Numbered from the stretch's first letter, positions 45,290 to 54,766 are shown. The stretch: DNA of 64,000 bases from Candidatus Latescibacterota bacterium (GCA_965204375.1 OZ241986.1:1536001-1600000), one strand, 5' to 3'. The notes: a model not told the origin generated them from the sequence alone. Program-made: numbers and translations.

Positions 45290-45655
45290 ATGGCTAATCC
45301 CAAAGTCATCGCCTATTTAAAGCCAGTTTGTGGTTGGAGCGGTGGTGTGCGCGCTGTTCTGGCAAAATATGGGCTGGAGTACGAAGACCGCGATATCATT
45401 AACAATCCCGACAACTATCGCGAGATGGTTATAAAGAGCGGGCAACCCTTACAGCCCTGTGTGCAGATTGGGGATACGATGCTGGCCGATATCAGCGGTG
45501 ATGAGTTAGAAGGTTGGTTAATCCAAAATGGGTACCAGCCCGGAGGCCCAGATCCCTCGGTTCCAACGGATCGTTCCTGTACGGATGAAGAGCATGAAGC
45601 AATGGCCCGTGCAGCACAGCAACCGACTATTGCCAACCCTCACTTTGGTCGATAA
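45290..45655 (+). CDS. Monothiol glutaredoxin family protein
   Basis: AGGAGG RBS; CGWS, SGQPLQPCV. Confidence 0.85.
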   Translation: MANPKVIAYLKPVCGWSGGVRAVLAKYGLEYEDRDIINNPDNYREMVIKSGQPLQPCVQIGDTMLADISGDELEGWLIQNGYQPGGPDPSVPTDRSCTDEEHEAMARAAQQPTIANPHFGR

Positions 45656-45681
45656 AAATAAGGTGGTGGTTTTTGATAGCG

Positions 45682-45712
45682 AGGCGATCCGTTAAGGGTC
45701 GCCTTTTTTTTT
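45682..45712 (+). terminator. Rho-independent terminator
   Basis: AGGCGATCC-GTTAA-GGGTCGCCT followed by a T-run. Confidence 0.8.
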
Positions 45713-45748
45713 CCATAAGAGCCATTTGCAAATACTTTTATATTTATT

Positions 45749-46429
45749 ATGCAGACGCGCGTTCTCGAAAAAGAGATTGCTGAATGCACCCTGTGCAAAC
45801 GCCTGGTCGATTATTGCCGCACCTTTAAGTTGGCGGAAAATCGCAAAATTGGCGATTGCGATTACTGGGCAAAACCCGTTCCGGGCTTTGGAGATATCAA
45901 CGCACAATTGCTCATTATTGGTCTGGCTCCCGGCGCACACGGAGCCAACCGCACGGGCAGGCCATTTACAGGCGATGGCGCTGGGGAGGTGCTGTACCGC
46001 GCGCTCTTTCGGCACGGTTTTGCCAACCGGGAAACAGCGGTTGATCTCCACGACGGCATGCGTCTGGACAATGTGTATATCACGAATGCCGTCAAATGCG
46101 TTCCGCCCCAGAATCGCCCCAGGTCCAAAGAAAAGCGCGCGTGTCTCGACTGGCTGGCGCAGGAGATGACGTTCTTGCGTCGCGTAAAAATCGTTCTGGC
46201 GATGGGTAGGGATGCGTTTGACAGTTATATAAGGCTGGAGAGGTCAGCAGGGCGCGTGACGAGGCTAAACGCCTATCGTTTTCAGCACGGTGGCGTGTAC
46301 CGGTTGGACGATAAAATCCTCGTAGCGACCTACCATTTTAGTCGCTACAATATGAATACAGGCGTCCTGACAGAAGATATGATCAATGTGTTGTTTCAGC
46401 GCGTACGCGCATTGCTGTGTGAAGTGTGA
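45749..46429 (+). CDS. Uracil-DNA glycosylase family 5 (UdgB-like, 4Fe-4S)
   Basis: CTLCKRL, GLAPGAHGANRTGRPFTGD, NAVKCVPPQNRP, YHFS..N.NTG. Confidence 0.92.
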   Translation: MQTRVLEKEIAECTLCKRLVDYCRTFKLAENRKIGDCDYWAKPVPGFGDINAQLLIIGLAPGAHGANRTGRPFTGDGAGEVLYRALFRHGFANRETAVDLHDGMRLDNVYITNAVKCVPPQNRPRSKEKRACLDWLAQEMTFLRRVKIVLAMGRDAFDSYIRLERSAGRVTRLNAYRFQHGGVYRLDDKILVATYHFSRYNMNTGVLTEDMINVLFQRVRALLCEV

Positions 46430-46585
46430 AGGAGGAAGTGTGAAGGAGGAAGTGTGAAGGAGGAAGTGTGAAGGAGGGAACGGTGTACAACTGGTCGCAG
46501 TCCAGACCAGTTCACTGTGATGAAGCACCAGCTTTGGGGCGGTGTTGGGTGGATTTCTCCCTTCTTACTTCTTACTTCTCACTTC
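46421..46585. repeat. Heptamer-based tandem repeat plus inverted copy overlapping both convergent stop codons
   Basis: (GAAGTGT GAAGGAG)x4, then CTTCTTA CTTCTTA CTTCTCA CTTC. Confidence 0.9.
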
Positions 46586-47112
46586 GGCGGGTCCAGCACA
46601 GCTATGTAGGGAAGGTTGCGGTAGGCCTGATTGTAGTCGAGACCATAACCCACTACAAACTGGTCCGGGATGGTGAAACCGCAGTGATGGATGGAGACGG
46701 GTACGATTCTGCGGTCGGGTTTGTCCAGAAGGGTGCAGATACCGAGGCTGCGTGGGTTTCTGTCCTTTAATAATGTGAGAAGTGCAGAGATCGTGCGCCC
46801 GGTATCGACAATATCTTCGACAACGAGCACATGACGGTCATCAATTTCACGACTGAGGTCTTTTTTGAATGTCACTGTGCCCGAACTACTTGTACCGACA
46901 TAACTCGAAATCGCAATGAGATCAATTTCAATGGGACAGCTTATCGCACGCGAAAGATCGACTAAAAAGAAGAGGGCACCCGTTAGAATGCCCAGGAGAA
47001 CAACACCGTCTGGGTACTGTGCGGAAATTTCGGCGCCGAGTTCACGAACGCGGTTCTGAATCGTTTTTTCATCAATTAATATAGAATCGGGATGAAGGAT
47101 AAACTCCTGCAC
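46579..47112 (-). CDS. hpt: Hypoxanthine phosphoribosyltransferase
   Basis: AAGGAGG RBS; VLVVEDIVDTGRT PRPP motif, LLDKP, FVVGYGLDY, RNLPYI. Confidence 0.95.
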   Translation of the reverse strand: MQEFILHPDSILIDEKTIQNRVRELGAEISAQYPDGVVLLGILTGALFFLVDLSRAISCPIEIDLIAISSYVGTSSSGTVTFKKDLSREIDDRHVLVVEDIVDTGRTISALLTLLKDRNPRSLGICTLLDKPDRRIVPVSIHHCGFTIPDQFVVGYGLDYNQAYRNLPYIAVLDPPK

Positions 47113-47259
47113 TGGAAAAACCTCCTTGTGATGGTAGATGATATAACTTAAAGAATTTATTTTTTAAGTCAAACCCCATTGGGGCTAACTCATTCCCATC
47201 AAAATGCGCGTTCTCATTGCGTTAGCGCGCATATCTTCTGCGGTATTTGAAGGAATCCC

Positions 47260-47288
47260 TTGATTCAGATTTGTAAAAATGCTATATT
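47260..47288 (+). promoter_or_regulatory. Sigma70-type promoter upstream of mutL
   Basis: TTGATT-17 bp-TATATT with extended TG. Confidence 0.55.
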
Positions 47289-47310
47289 TGCGTCGAAGCT
47301 TATGCTTCAC

Positions 47311-47419
47311 AAAAAAACGCCTTGAATCTGCATGAGGGTAGCCCCGCAGGAAGTTTTCCGCTGTTTTAACACCGGGACTTCGACAACCTTTTCGGCACCC
47401 GGCGGGTTAGGCGTTTTTT
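47311..47419. ncRNA. Candidate ~110-nt rod-shaped structured RNA or attenuator
   Basis: AAAAAACGCCT/AGGCGTTTTTT closing stem; nested AATCTGC/GCGGGTT, GGGT/ACCC and GAAGT/ACTTC stems. Confidence 0.45.
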
Positions 47420-47449
47420 GTTTTCTTTTTTTTAACATCTATCCTCAAT

Positions 47450-49243
47450 ATGCCCAATCAAATTCGCATACTCCCGGATGAGATTGCCAACCGCATCGCC
47501 GCTGGAGAAGTGGTTGAGCGGCCGGCGTCTGTCGCAAAAGAACTGATTGAGAACTCAGTGGATGCGGGATCGGATCGCATTGTCGTTGAAGTTACTGCTG
47601 GCGGCAAGGAAAGCCTGCGGGTCAGTGATAATGGATGCGGGATGTCGCGCGATGACGCGCTTTTGGCACTTGAACGACACGCGACGAGCAAAATTCAAAG
47701 TCTGGACGATCTAAAAGGGTTGCTCACACACGGATTCAGGGGTGAGGCATTGCCCAGTATTGCCGCTGTTTCGCGCATGACCCTTGAAACTCGTCTGGTA
47801 GATGCGGTTGAAGGAACGCGAATCTCCGTGGTGGGCGGGCGCGTACAGGATGTATCCGCGATTGGTCGCGGACAGGGTACGGCAGTTACATTGCACGGCC
47901 TATTTTTTAATGTGCCCGCCAGGCGAAAATTTCTCAAAAGTGTCGATACGGAATTTCGGCATATTGTGAACGCGGTGACAGCCATGGCCATGGCGTACCC
48001 CGAGATCGGATTTGACCTCAAGCACAATGGACGCCAGGTGCTACAACTGGGCAGGTCGCGCTTTGATCGGCGGGCAGAGCAAATTTTTGGCGTGCGATAT
48101 GGCGCAGATGCCATTGGTGTTGAGAGCAAGGCGAGCGGAATTGAGGTTCGAGGCTTTGTGGGCAAGCCCGAGTCCGCGCGAAAATCCGGTGCCCAACAGG
48201 TTTTGATTGTCAATAACCGATGGGTGCAGCACAAAGCCATCGCTTTCGCAGTTTACGAAGGATACGGCGGGCTTTTACCCAAGGGGCTTGCGCCATCGTA
48301 TTGCCTTTGTCTGAACATTGATCCGGCGCGTGTGGATGTCAATGTCCATCCTTCAAAGCGCGAGGTTCGCTTTGCCGATGAGCGAACAATTTACGGCCTG
48401 ATCACCCAGGCGGTTCAGAAATCACTGCGCGGCGCAGACCTGATCCCGGAAATGGACGATGCTATTATGCCCGTGGCAGATACGCCTGTGAGCATCGCAG
48501 AATCCCCCGAGATCACCTATCAGCCCGGGCAGCCCAAAGTTGGCGGACAACCCCAGATGGCATTGCCGCTAACGATGAGAATGTCGTCGGGCAAGACAAA
48601 GCGGGGAACCGGGGTTAATACCGATGATCTCGATGAAGAGGATTTTGCCCGGGTTTCCGTATGGCAATTGCACAGCAAGTACATTTTGGCGCATATTAAA
48701 AATGGTTTGATTGCGATTGACCAGCAGGTTGCCCATCAGAGGATTTTGTACGAACGCGCCATTGACAATATGCATACCCGTCCCGCGACGAGTCAGCGGC
48801 TGTTGTTTCCACTTACGCTCGATTTTAGTGTCAAAGAAATTCTTATTGTGCGCGAGGCCATGCCCCTGTTGGAAAAAATGGGATTTGGCATTCGCGATTT
48901 TGGGGGGCATACGGTTGTTGTCGATGCCATTCCCATGGGGCTGAGAACGTGGCAAGATGGACAGCTTTTGAGAGATATGGTTCGCGATATGGCCGAAGCC
49001 GAGCAAGCGACTTCTGTTTCGCCTTCCGGGCAAGCGCGGCAGATTGCACCCGAGGAACATCGGCTCGCATCGGTTTATGCCTGGCATACGTCGATTCGCA
49101 CAGGTGAGGATTTATCGACAGAGGAAATGCGCGCGCTTATAGATCAATTGTTCGCAACGCGAGAACCTTTCGTCAGCCCTTATGGCAGGCCAACGCTTGT
49201 TAAGATCGGGCTGGATGAAATTGACAATCGGTTTAAGCGATAG
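47450..49243 (+). CDS. mutL: DNA mismatch repair protein MutL with degenerate endonuclease motifs
   Basis: IAAGEVVERPAS, ELIENSVDAG, DNGCGM, GFRGEAL, VDVNVHPSKREV; C-terminal domain DQQVAHQRILYE and SPYGRP. Confidence 0.95.
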   Translation: MPNQIRILPDEIANRIAAGEVVERPASVAKELIENSVDAGSDRIVVEVTAGGKESLRVSDNGCGMSRDDALLALERHATSKIQSLDDLKGLLTHGFRGEALPSIAAVSRMTLETRLVDAVEGTRISVVGGRVQDVSAIGRGQGTAVTLHGLFFNVPARRKFLKSVDTEFRHIVNAVTAMAMAYPEIGFDLKHNGRQVLQLGRSRFDRRAEQIFGVRYGADAIGVESKASGIEVRGFVGKPESARKSGAQQVLIVNNRWVQHKAIAFAVYEGYGGLLPKGLAPSYCLCLNIDPARVDVNVHPSKREVRFADERTIYGLITQAVQKSLRGADLIPEMDDAIMPVADTPVSIAESPEITYQPGQPKVGGQPQMALPLTMRMSSGKTKRGTGVNTDDLDEEDFARVSVWQLHSKYILAHIKNGLIAIDQQVAHQRILYERAIDNMHTRPATSQRLLFPLTLDFSVKEILIVREAMPLLEKMGFGIRDFGGHTVVVDAIPMGLRTWQDGQLLRDMVRDMAEAEQATSVSPSGQARQIAPEEHRLASVYAWHTSIRTGEDLSTEEMRALIDQLFATREPFVSPYGRPTLVKIGLDEIDNRFKR

Positions 49244-49245
49244 TC

Positions 49246-50166
49246 ATGACCTCATTCCCATATATTCTGGTGATTGCTGGGCCGACGGCATCGGGCAAAA
49301 CGGCTGTGGGCATTGAACTCGCGCAGAGGATAGATGGCGAGATTATATCGGCAGATGCGCGTCAGATTTATCGTTTTATGGATATTGGGACGGCAAAGCC
49401 GACAACTGAAGAACGGGCTGCTGCACGCCATCACCTCATCGATTTTATTAATCCCGACAAAGACTATAGCGCCGGACAATTTGCCGAAGATGCATCTGCG
49501 GTGATTGGGAATATTCTGCGTCGCGGCAAGATGCCCATTGTCGTCGGAGGAGCGGGGCTGTATATTCGCGCGTTGTTCGATGGCTTTTCACCTATGCCGA
49601 AAATTCCGATAGAGGTTCGCACGCGATTGCAGGAAGAGGGGAGAGATTGTCTTTCCTCCCTGTACAAAAGGCTGTGCGAGGTTGATCCGGAATGGGCTGA
49701 AAAAATTCAGGCAACCGATACACAACGCATTCTGCGCGGTCTGGAAGTCTATGAAGCATCGGGCAAACCGCTTTCTGAACATCAGAAGGTGCCGCCAACG
49801 CCGCCGATTCGCCATACTGCATCTTATTGGGGTTTGTACTGGGAGCGCGAAGTACTCTATGACCGAATCAATGCGCGTGCTTGCTTTATGTTCGAGAATG
49901 GCCTGATTGAGGAAGCAAAAAGTCTCCGCGATAGAGGTTATTCTCCCGATCTAAACGCGCTCAATGCGTTTGGGTACCGGGAAATATTTCAATATCTCGA
50001 TGGTGAGACGACGCTTGATCGCGCGCTTGCCGATTTGCAACAGGGTACGCGACGCTATGCCAAACGACAGATGACTTTTTTTCGCAAAAATGAACGTATA
50101 CAGTGGGTAGATGGTAGCGATGACGGTGTGACAGATGTCATCTTGCAAAACCTTGAAACATGTTGA
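49246..50166 (+). CDS. miaA: tRNA dimethylallyltransferase
   Basis: GPTASGKT, SADARQIY, DIGTAKP, TRRYAKRQMTFFR. Confidence 0.95.
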   Translation: MTSFPYILVIAGPTASGKTAVGIELAQRIDGEIISADARQIYRFMDIGTAKPTTEERAAARHHLIDFINPDKDYSAGQFAEDASAVIGNILRRGKMPIVVGGAGLYIRALFDGFSPMPKIPIEVRTRLQEEGRDCLSSLYKRLCEVDPEWAEKIQATDTQRILRGLEVYEASGKPLSEHQKVPPTPPIRHTASYWGLYWEREVLYDRINARACFMFENGLIEEAKSLRDRGYSPDLNALNAFGYREIFQYLDGETTLDRALADLQQGTRRYAKRQMTFFRKNERIQWVDGSDDGVTDVILQNLETC

Positions 50167-50191
50167 CACCAAAGATGAACCCCTGTAAATT
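50163..50191 (+). promoter_or_regulatory. Promoter of tRNA-Gly
   Basis: TTGACA-17 bp-TAAATT. Confidence 0.7.
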
Positions 50192-50207
50192 GGCTATTCC
50201 TTGCGGA

Positions 50208-50283
50208 GCGGGAATAACTCAGTTGGTAGAGTGCAAGCTTCCCAAGCTTGATGTCGCGGGTTCGAGTCCCGTTTCCCGCTCCA
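50208..50283 (+). tRNA. tRNA-Gly (anticodon CCC)
   Basis: 76 nt; GCGGGAA/TTCCCGC acceptor stem, CAAGC-TTCCCAA-GCTTG anticodon arm, GGTTCGAGTCC T-arm, encoded CCA. Confidence 0.97.
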
Positions 50284-50301
50284 AAAAAATAATGAAAAAT
50301 C

Positions 50302-50341
50302 ACGGGCAATCTCAAATCGGGTTGTCCGTTCTTTTTGTTTT
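50302..50341 (+). terminator. Terminator after the tRNA
   Basis: ACGGGCAATCT...GGGTTGTCCGT followed by a T-rich tail. Confidence 0.7.
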
Positions 50342-50393
50342 ATGTATTGAATAAACCCAATCGGTGCAATATACTGCGTCCGAAGGAGTTTTG

Positions 50394-51140
50394 ATGGATA
50401 ATGAAATTCGCATTCACTATGTCAGCCATTTTCTCAAGCTGAGTTTGTGGTATGCGCGGTTTCTGATGGCGCGGGAGGGGATTGCGTTTGAAGATGCGAT
50501 TACTTCCCGGGCTAATGTGTATCGCAATACAGATTTTTTTGATGGCGAAAACCATCCAGCGCGGGGGTATGAAGACCCGGATTGGGATGCCTATCTGATG
50601 GGTTTGAAGACCATTTTTGATCGCTACGAGGGCGCGGCATGGGAGGAAGAGGGGCTGGCCTATTTGTGGCCCCGCGTAAAAAAGGGTTATAGCAGACCTT
50701 CTACAAAATGCCGTCCGTACGAATGCTGGACGTATGACGATGGCGACGATTATATCGCAATCCACATTGGCAATGTGTATCAGCCCAAATCGCCTCTGAG
50801 CGAAATGCGAGATGCATTTATGGGCACATTGCTGCAATTGTTAAAGGATACGCAGCAGCGACGCTCCGATGTGAAGACTGTGAGGTGTGGCAGTTGGCTC
50901 AATTCTGCGCCGCCATTTCAAGATCTGTTTCCCAAAAGCTGGCGCGAGAGCGCGATAGTGAGTCCTAAAGCGGGATATACGATGGGGCATTGGGGACAGT
51001 TTATGGATCGCACAGGACGTTTTCATATAAAAAATGGGGCGCATTTGCGGGCAACAGGGGAATTTCTCTATCCCTGTTCGACCTGTTATGCACCGATTGA
51101 TGAGATTGTGGCACACCTGGAGGCTATGGTGGAGGGGTGA
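50394..51140 (+). CDS. Hypothetical protein
   Basis: AAGGAG RBS; long ORF; aromatic-rich motifs CGSWLN and WGQFMDRTG. Confidence 0.7.
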   Translation: MDNEIRIHYVSHFLKLSLWYARFLMAREGIAFEDAITSRANVYRNTDFFDGENHPARGYEDPDWDAYLMGLKTIFDRYEGAAWEEEGLAYLWPRVKKGYSRPSTKCRPYECWTYDDGDDYIAIHIGNVYQPKSPLSEMRDAFMGTLLQLLKDTQQRRSDVKTVRCGSWLNSAPPFQDLFPKSWRESAIVSPKAGYTMGHWGQFMDRTGRFHIKNGAHLRATGEFLYPCSTCYAPIDEIVAHLEAMVEG

Positions 51141-51141
51141 A

Positions 51142-51173
51142 CGAATCAGCGAATCTACGAATCTACGAATCGA
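51142..51173. repeat. Octamer-period CGAATC(AG/TA) tandem repeat
   Basis: CGAATCAG CGAATCTA CGAATCTA CGAATC, with inverted GATTCG at about 51200. Confidence 0.75.
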
Positions 51174-51234
51174 AGCACATAGCGATTTTGGGTGGTGGGA
51201 TTCGTCTATGAACTGGTCTGGGAAACGACCAGTT

Positions 51235-52485
51235 TTACCCCGCTCCGTCTATTCGTCTTTCCAAAGTCTCGGGGACGAGGAAGAGGAAGATCCCCGCTGC
51301 GGAAAGACCAATGCCTGCAATAGCCAGAGCCGCGGGCGATAGGCCGAGGAAGTCGGCGACATAACCGACGCATACGGGTCCAGACATGCGCCCGCCATCC
51401 CCGATGAGGCGCCAGAGGCCCAGAAATTCGCTCAGGGCTTCGCGGGGTGCAAGGTCGGCACCCAGGGTCATCATGGCTCCCGAACTGAGGCCATTGCCAA
51501 ATCCGAGCAGACTGGCGGGGAACAAGAGAGCGATAAATTCTCCTGTAATGAAGTCGAGAAAGAAAAAGGGCAGATTCAGATCGGCGGCAAAGGCTTCTGT
51601 GAGCGGGATAAGTGCCATACCAATAGCCTGTAGCGCGAAGCTGGGAACATTGGCGAATTTGCGTCCAAAACGATCCATGATGACCCCAGCGGGATAAAAC
51701 ATCATCATGTCGATAAAGCCCGAGACCGTCATGATGAGGCCGATTTGCTCATATCCCAGATTGAGGACTTCGGCGCCGTAAAGCGGTATGATGATGTAGC
51801 GACCACTGCGAATGGTTTGGGCAAAGAGTTGACCTGTACCTGCGGTGATCAGATTTTTGCTGTTGGTACGAAAGATGTTGGCGAAGTGGCGCACAAGGCC
51901 GTGTTGCGGTGGTGATACGCGCTTGCGAAAGGCTTCAACGGCGATTGCCGCAACCACTGCGGCTAAGAGTGAGATGCCGCCATAAACGAGGAATGGATAT
52001 CTTACGGAGGCGACAGAGGCAATATAGCCGCCAATGACAGGTCCCAAAAAGGTGCCGATGCGGCTAATGCCACCAAATACAGAGAGGGCACGACCCCTCT
52101 GGTGGACGGCTGTGGCATCGGCCAGATAAGCATACCGCGAGATGTCCCACAGTGCGCCGCCGATCCCGCCCACAAAGCGCAACAGGAAGACCACAAAGAT
52201 AGAGGGCGCAAAAAAGAGGCCCGCGCCGCACAATGCAACTGTAAGTACTCCCAATAGCATTGCTGATTTGCGACCGATGCGGTTGAGTACCATGGCAGCG
52301 GGCAGGTCGCCAACGAGGTGACCGATACCCTCGGCAGCGAGCACGAGACCGACGAGGCCGTAGGAAATGTCAAACGATTTGGCGTAGAGTGGCAATATGG
52401 GGACGAGCAGGCCACTGCCGAGTCTGAGGAGAAAAGTGGGGATAAAGACGGGGAGAATAAGGGGGTTGCGGATAATGGCGTTCAT
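51235..52485 (-). CDS. MFS transporter
   Basis: About 12 TM helices; NRIGRK and DRFGRK motif-A loops. Confidence 0.92.
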   Translation of the reverse strand: MNAIIRNPLILPVFIPTFLLRLGSGLLVPILPLYAKSFDISYGLVGLVLAAEGIGHLVGDLPAAMVLNRIGRKSAMLLGVLTVALCGAGLFFAPSIFVVFLLRFVGGIGGALWDISRYAYLADATAVHQRGRALSVFGGISRIGTFLGPVIGGYIASVASVRYPFLVYGGISLLAAVVAAIAVEAFRKRVSPPQHGLVRHFANIFRTNSKNLITAGTGQLFAQTIRSGRYIIIPLYGAEVLNLGYEQIGLIMTVSGFIDMMMFYPAGVIMDRFGRKFANVPSFALQAIGMALIPLTEAFAADLNLPFFFLDFITGEFIALLFPASLLGFGNGLSSGAMMTLGADLAPREALSEFLGLWRLIGDGGRMSGPVCVGYVADFLGLSPAALAIAGIGLSAAGIFLFLVPETLERRIDGAG

Positions 52486-52488
52486 TTA

Positions 52489-52538
52489 GTGAAGTAGGAA
52501 GTGTGAAGTAGGAAGTGTGAAGTAGGAAGTGTGAAGTA
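52489..52538. repeat. 14-bp tandem repeat (GTGAAGTAGGAAGT)n
   Basis: Three and a half units directly upstream of the MFS start codon. Confidence 0.9.
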
Positions 52539-52622
52539 AAAAACAAAAAGCAAAAGCAAAAAGCAACCATAACACAGGCACCTGAACTAAGAATTAAGGG
52601 TTGGGTGGTCGTCTCACGTCTT

Positions 52623-54008
52623 GAGATATTGTCAAATGTTGTGGATGGGTTTAGAACGCATCCTTTATGATTATGCAGCGATTTTGCGTTCACCATCTAC
52701 GAATTTCACCCCGTCAATGACGAGGGGTATGAGCTTGTAACCGCGTAATCTGACCCATGTTTTTTCAGCTTCAAGAGCCAGTTTATACACCATCGCCATT
52801 GTGGCTTTGACCGATCCGCAGCCTTTTGTCTGCCTCGTGCGATGCCTGACGGTAGCAAAAGTCGATTCAATCGGGTTGGTGGTGCGTAAATGGATCCAGT
52901 GTTTGGCAGGAAAATCATAAAAGGTGAAGAGCACCTCAAAATCTTTGGTGAGGCAGTCACAGGCTTTTTCATAGCGATCCTGATACAGACTCAAGAAGTG
53001 GTCATAGACCTTGTGCGCGGCCTCTTTTGTCGGCGACTGATACATATCTTGAAGGAGTCTCTTGGCATCCGGCTGCACAGATTTGGGTAGCTTATCCAAC
53101 ACATTAGCACTCTTATGCACCCAGCAGCGCTGATGTTTCGTGGCAGGGAATGTCTCTTCCAATGCGTGCCAGAAGCCCATTGCCCCATCGCCTATGGCAA
53201 GAGCAGGGGCAAGGCGCAACCCGCGTGCTTTGACATCCAGTAAGAGGGTTTTCCAAGATAAGGTGCTCTCACGCTGTCCCTGCTCTATGGCAAGGACTTC
53301 CTTTTTACCTTCTGCTGTGGCACCAATGAGCACGAGAACACAGGGGCGATCATCAGACAGGCGTACGTTAAAATAGATACCGTCTGCCCAGATATAGACA
53401 TAGGCTTTATCGTGCAAGTCGCGCTTTTGCCATTGTTTATACTCGTCTTCCCAAATACGCTTTAAGCGCGTGATATTGGCTGGTGAAAGCCCTGGTGCGC
53501 CTTTGCCTAAGATCGCTTCGAGTGCTTGTGGGAAGGCCGAGGTAGAGACCCCTTTCAGATACAGTGTGGGGATCAATGTATCAATGCTCGGACTGCGACG
53601 GGCATATTTAGGCAGGATCGCACTGGTGAAGTGCTCCCCGTCTCGACGATCGTGAACGCGGGGTTGTTTGACGGGTATTTTACCAATACCAGTGGTGACT
53701 TCTCGGGCAGGATGATACCCATTTTTGACCACCTCACGATGACCCTTTTCATCCACCTGATCAGCAAATCGGGCTATGTATTCATTCACTTCATACCGCA
53801 AGGCGGCACATAACATCTTACGCGCACCATTTCTTATGACTTCCTCGAGGCTCTCGGCCAGTGTATCTTGCACTATGCTTTCCACTTCAAATGGGGTATA
53901 TTCTTTCACGAGCGTGTCCTTTCTCCCTCCTGGAGGGATTTTAGGTTTTTGTGATACTATAGGATACGCTCTTTTCTTTTACTCATCCACAACTTTTGAA
54001 TATACCTC
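52623..54008 (-). mobile_element. IS256-family insertion sequence, 1386 bp
   Basis: 28-bp imperfect terminal inverted repeats (23/28); flanking direct repeat CTCACGTCTT at 52613-52622 and 54009-54018. Confidence 0.92.
52671..53909 (-). CDS. IS256 family (Mutator-like) transposase
   Basis: KNGY, YLKGVST, WADGIY, IGDGAMGF, QRCWVH, RTTNPIES. Confidence 0.95.
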   Translation of the reverse strand: MKEYTPFEVESIVQDTLAESLEEVIRNGARKMLCAALRYEVNEYIARFADQVDEKGHREVVKNGYHPAREVTTGIGKIPVKQPRVHDRRDGEHFTSAILPKYARRSPSIDTLIPTLYLKGVSTSAFPQALEAILGKGAPGLSPANITRLKRIWEDEYKQWQKRDLHDKAYVYIWADGIYFNVRLSDDRPCVLVLIGATAEGKKEVLAIEQGQRESTLSWKTLLLDVKARGLRLAPALAIGDGAMGFWHALEETFPATKHQRCWVHKSANVLDKLPKSVQPDAKRLLQDMYQSPTKEAAHKVYDHFLSLYQDRYEKACDCLTKDFEVLFTFYDFPAKHWIHLRTTNPIESTFATVRHRTRQTKGCGSVKATMAMVYKLALEAEKTWVRLRGYKLIPLVIDGVKFVDGERKIAA

Positions 54009-54034
54009 CTCACGTCTTACGTCTCACCGACTTT

Positions 54035-54766
54035 ATGGATTTTCCTATACGCGAAATATGCTATGCGAGCGGTATTTTCTGGCTTGCGGGCAGCTTGCAG
54101 GGGTTGACGGGATTTGGGTTTAATCTGCTTTCTATACCGGCGATGGTCTTGTGGTTTCCCGCACAGGTGGTTGTGCCCGGGGTTTTGATGTCTTATTTGC
54201 CTTTGGGTACAGGACAGTTTATCCAACTGCGGCGGGATGTGGATTGGAAGGTGCTGGGGATAATTGTGGGGAGCGCGATTGTGGGCATGCCTGTCGGCGC
54301 ATTTATTTTACGCGATACAGATGCAGAGGTGATGAAGCGCGCCATTGGTTTGGCAATGGTGGTATTGGCAATTGTTTTGCAATTGCGACCAGGTAATCCT
54401 TTTCGACATGATGCACTGACCTGTGGGGGAGTGGGTATGTTCAGCGGTTTCTTGTCGTCCAGTATCGGTGTATCTGGACCGCCTATCGTTCTGTTTGGGC
54501 TGAAACAGCGCTGGCCGCAGGCGATGATGCGCGCAACGCTTTTGACCTGTTTTTTGTGTACTTCTACGTTGAGTCTCTGTGTGTTGTGGGCAGTAGGGGT
54601 GTTGACGCACGAGAGTTTGCAATTCGTCCTCTGGGGTGCGCCGGGTTTGATTTTGGGATTTTTAACCGCGACCTATCTCCGCGCACGGGTTCACCAGGTG
54701 GCGGTGTTTCGCTGGATTTCGATTGGGATGGTGATGGCCGGCGGATTGGCCGCGGCGATTTTTTGA
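54035..54766 (+). CDS. TauE/SafE (TSUP) family sulfite exporter
   Basis: QGLTGFGF and GVSGPP repeats; about 8 TM helices; upstream track start lies inside the IS. Confidence 0.88.
   Translation: MDFPIREICYASGIFWLAGSLQGLTGFGFNLLSIPAMVLWFPAQVVVPGVLMSYLPLGTGQFIQLRRDVDWKVLGIIVGSAIVGMPVGAFILRDTDAEVMKRAIGLAMVVLAIVLQLRPGNPFRHDALTCGGVGMFSGFLSSSIGVSGPPIVLFGLKQRWPQAMMRATLLTCFLCTSTLSLCVLWAVGVLTHESLQFVLWGAPGLILGFLTATYLRARVHQVAVFRWISIGMVMAGGLAAAIF

Noticed and set aside
46421-46478. CRISPR array or real ORFs from the 14-bp repeats
   Set aside because: Head-to-tail repeats without spacers; ORFs crossing them (for example 46265-46528 and 52370-52696) are low-complexity artefacts
50208-50283. tRNA-Gly as an integration site of a prophage or island
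   Set aside because: No integrase and no duplicated tRNA 3' end noticed in the window
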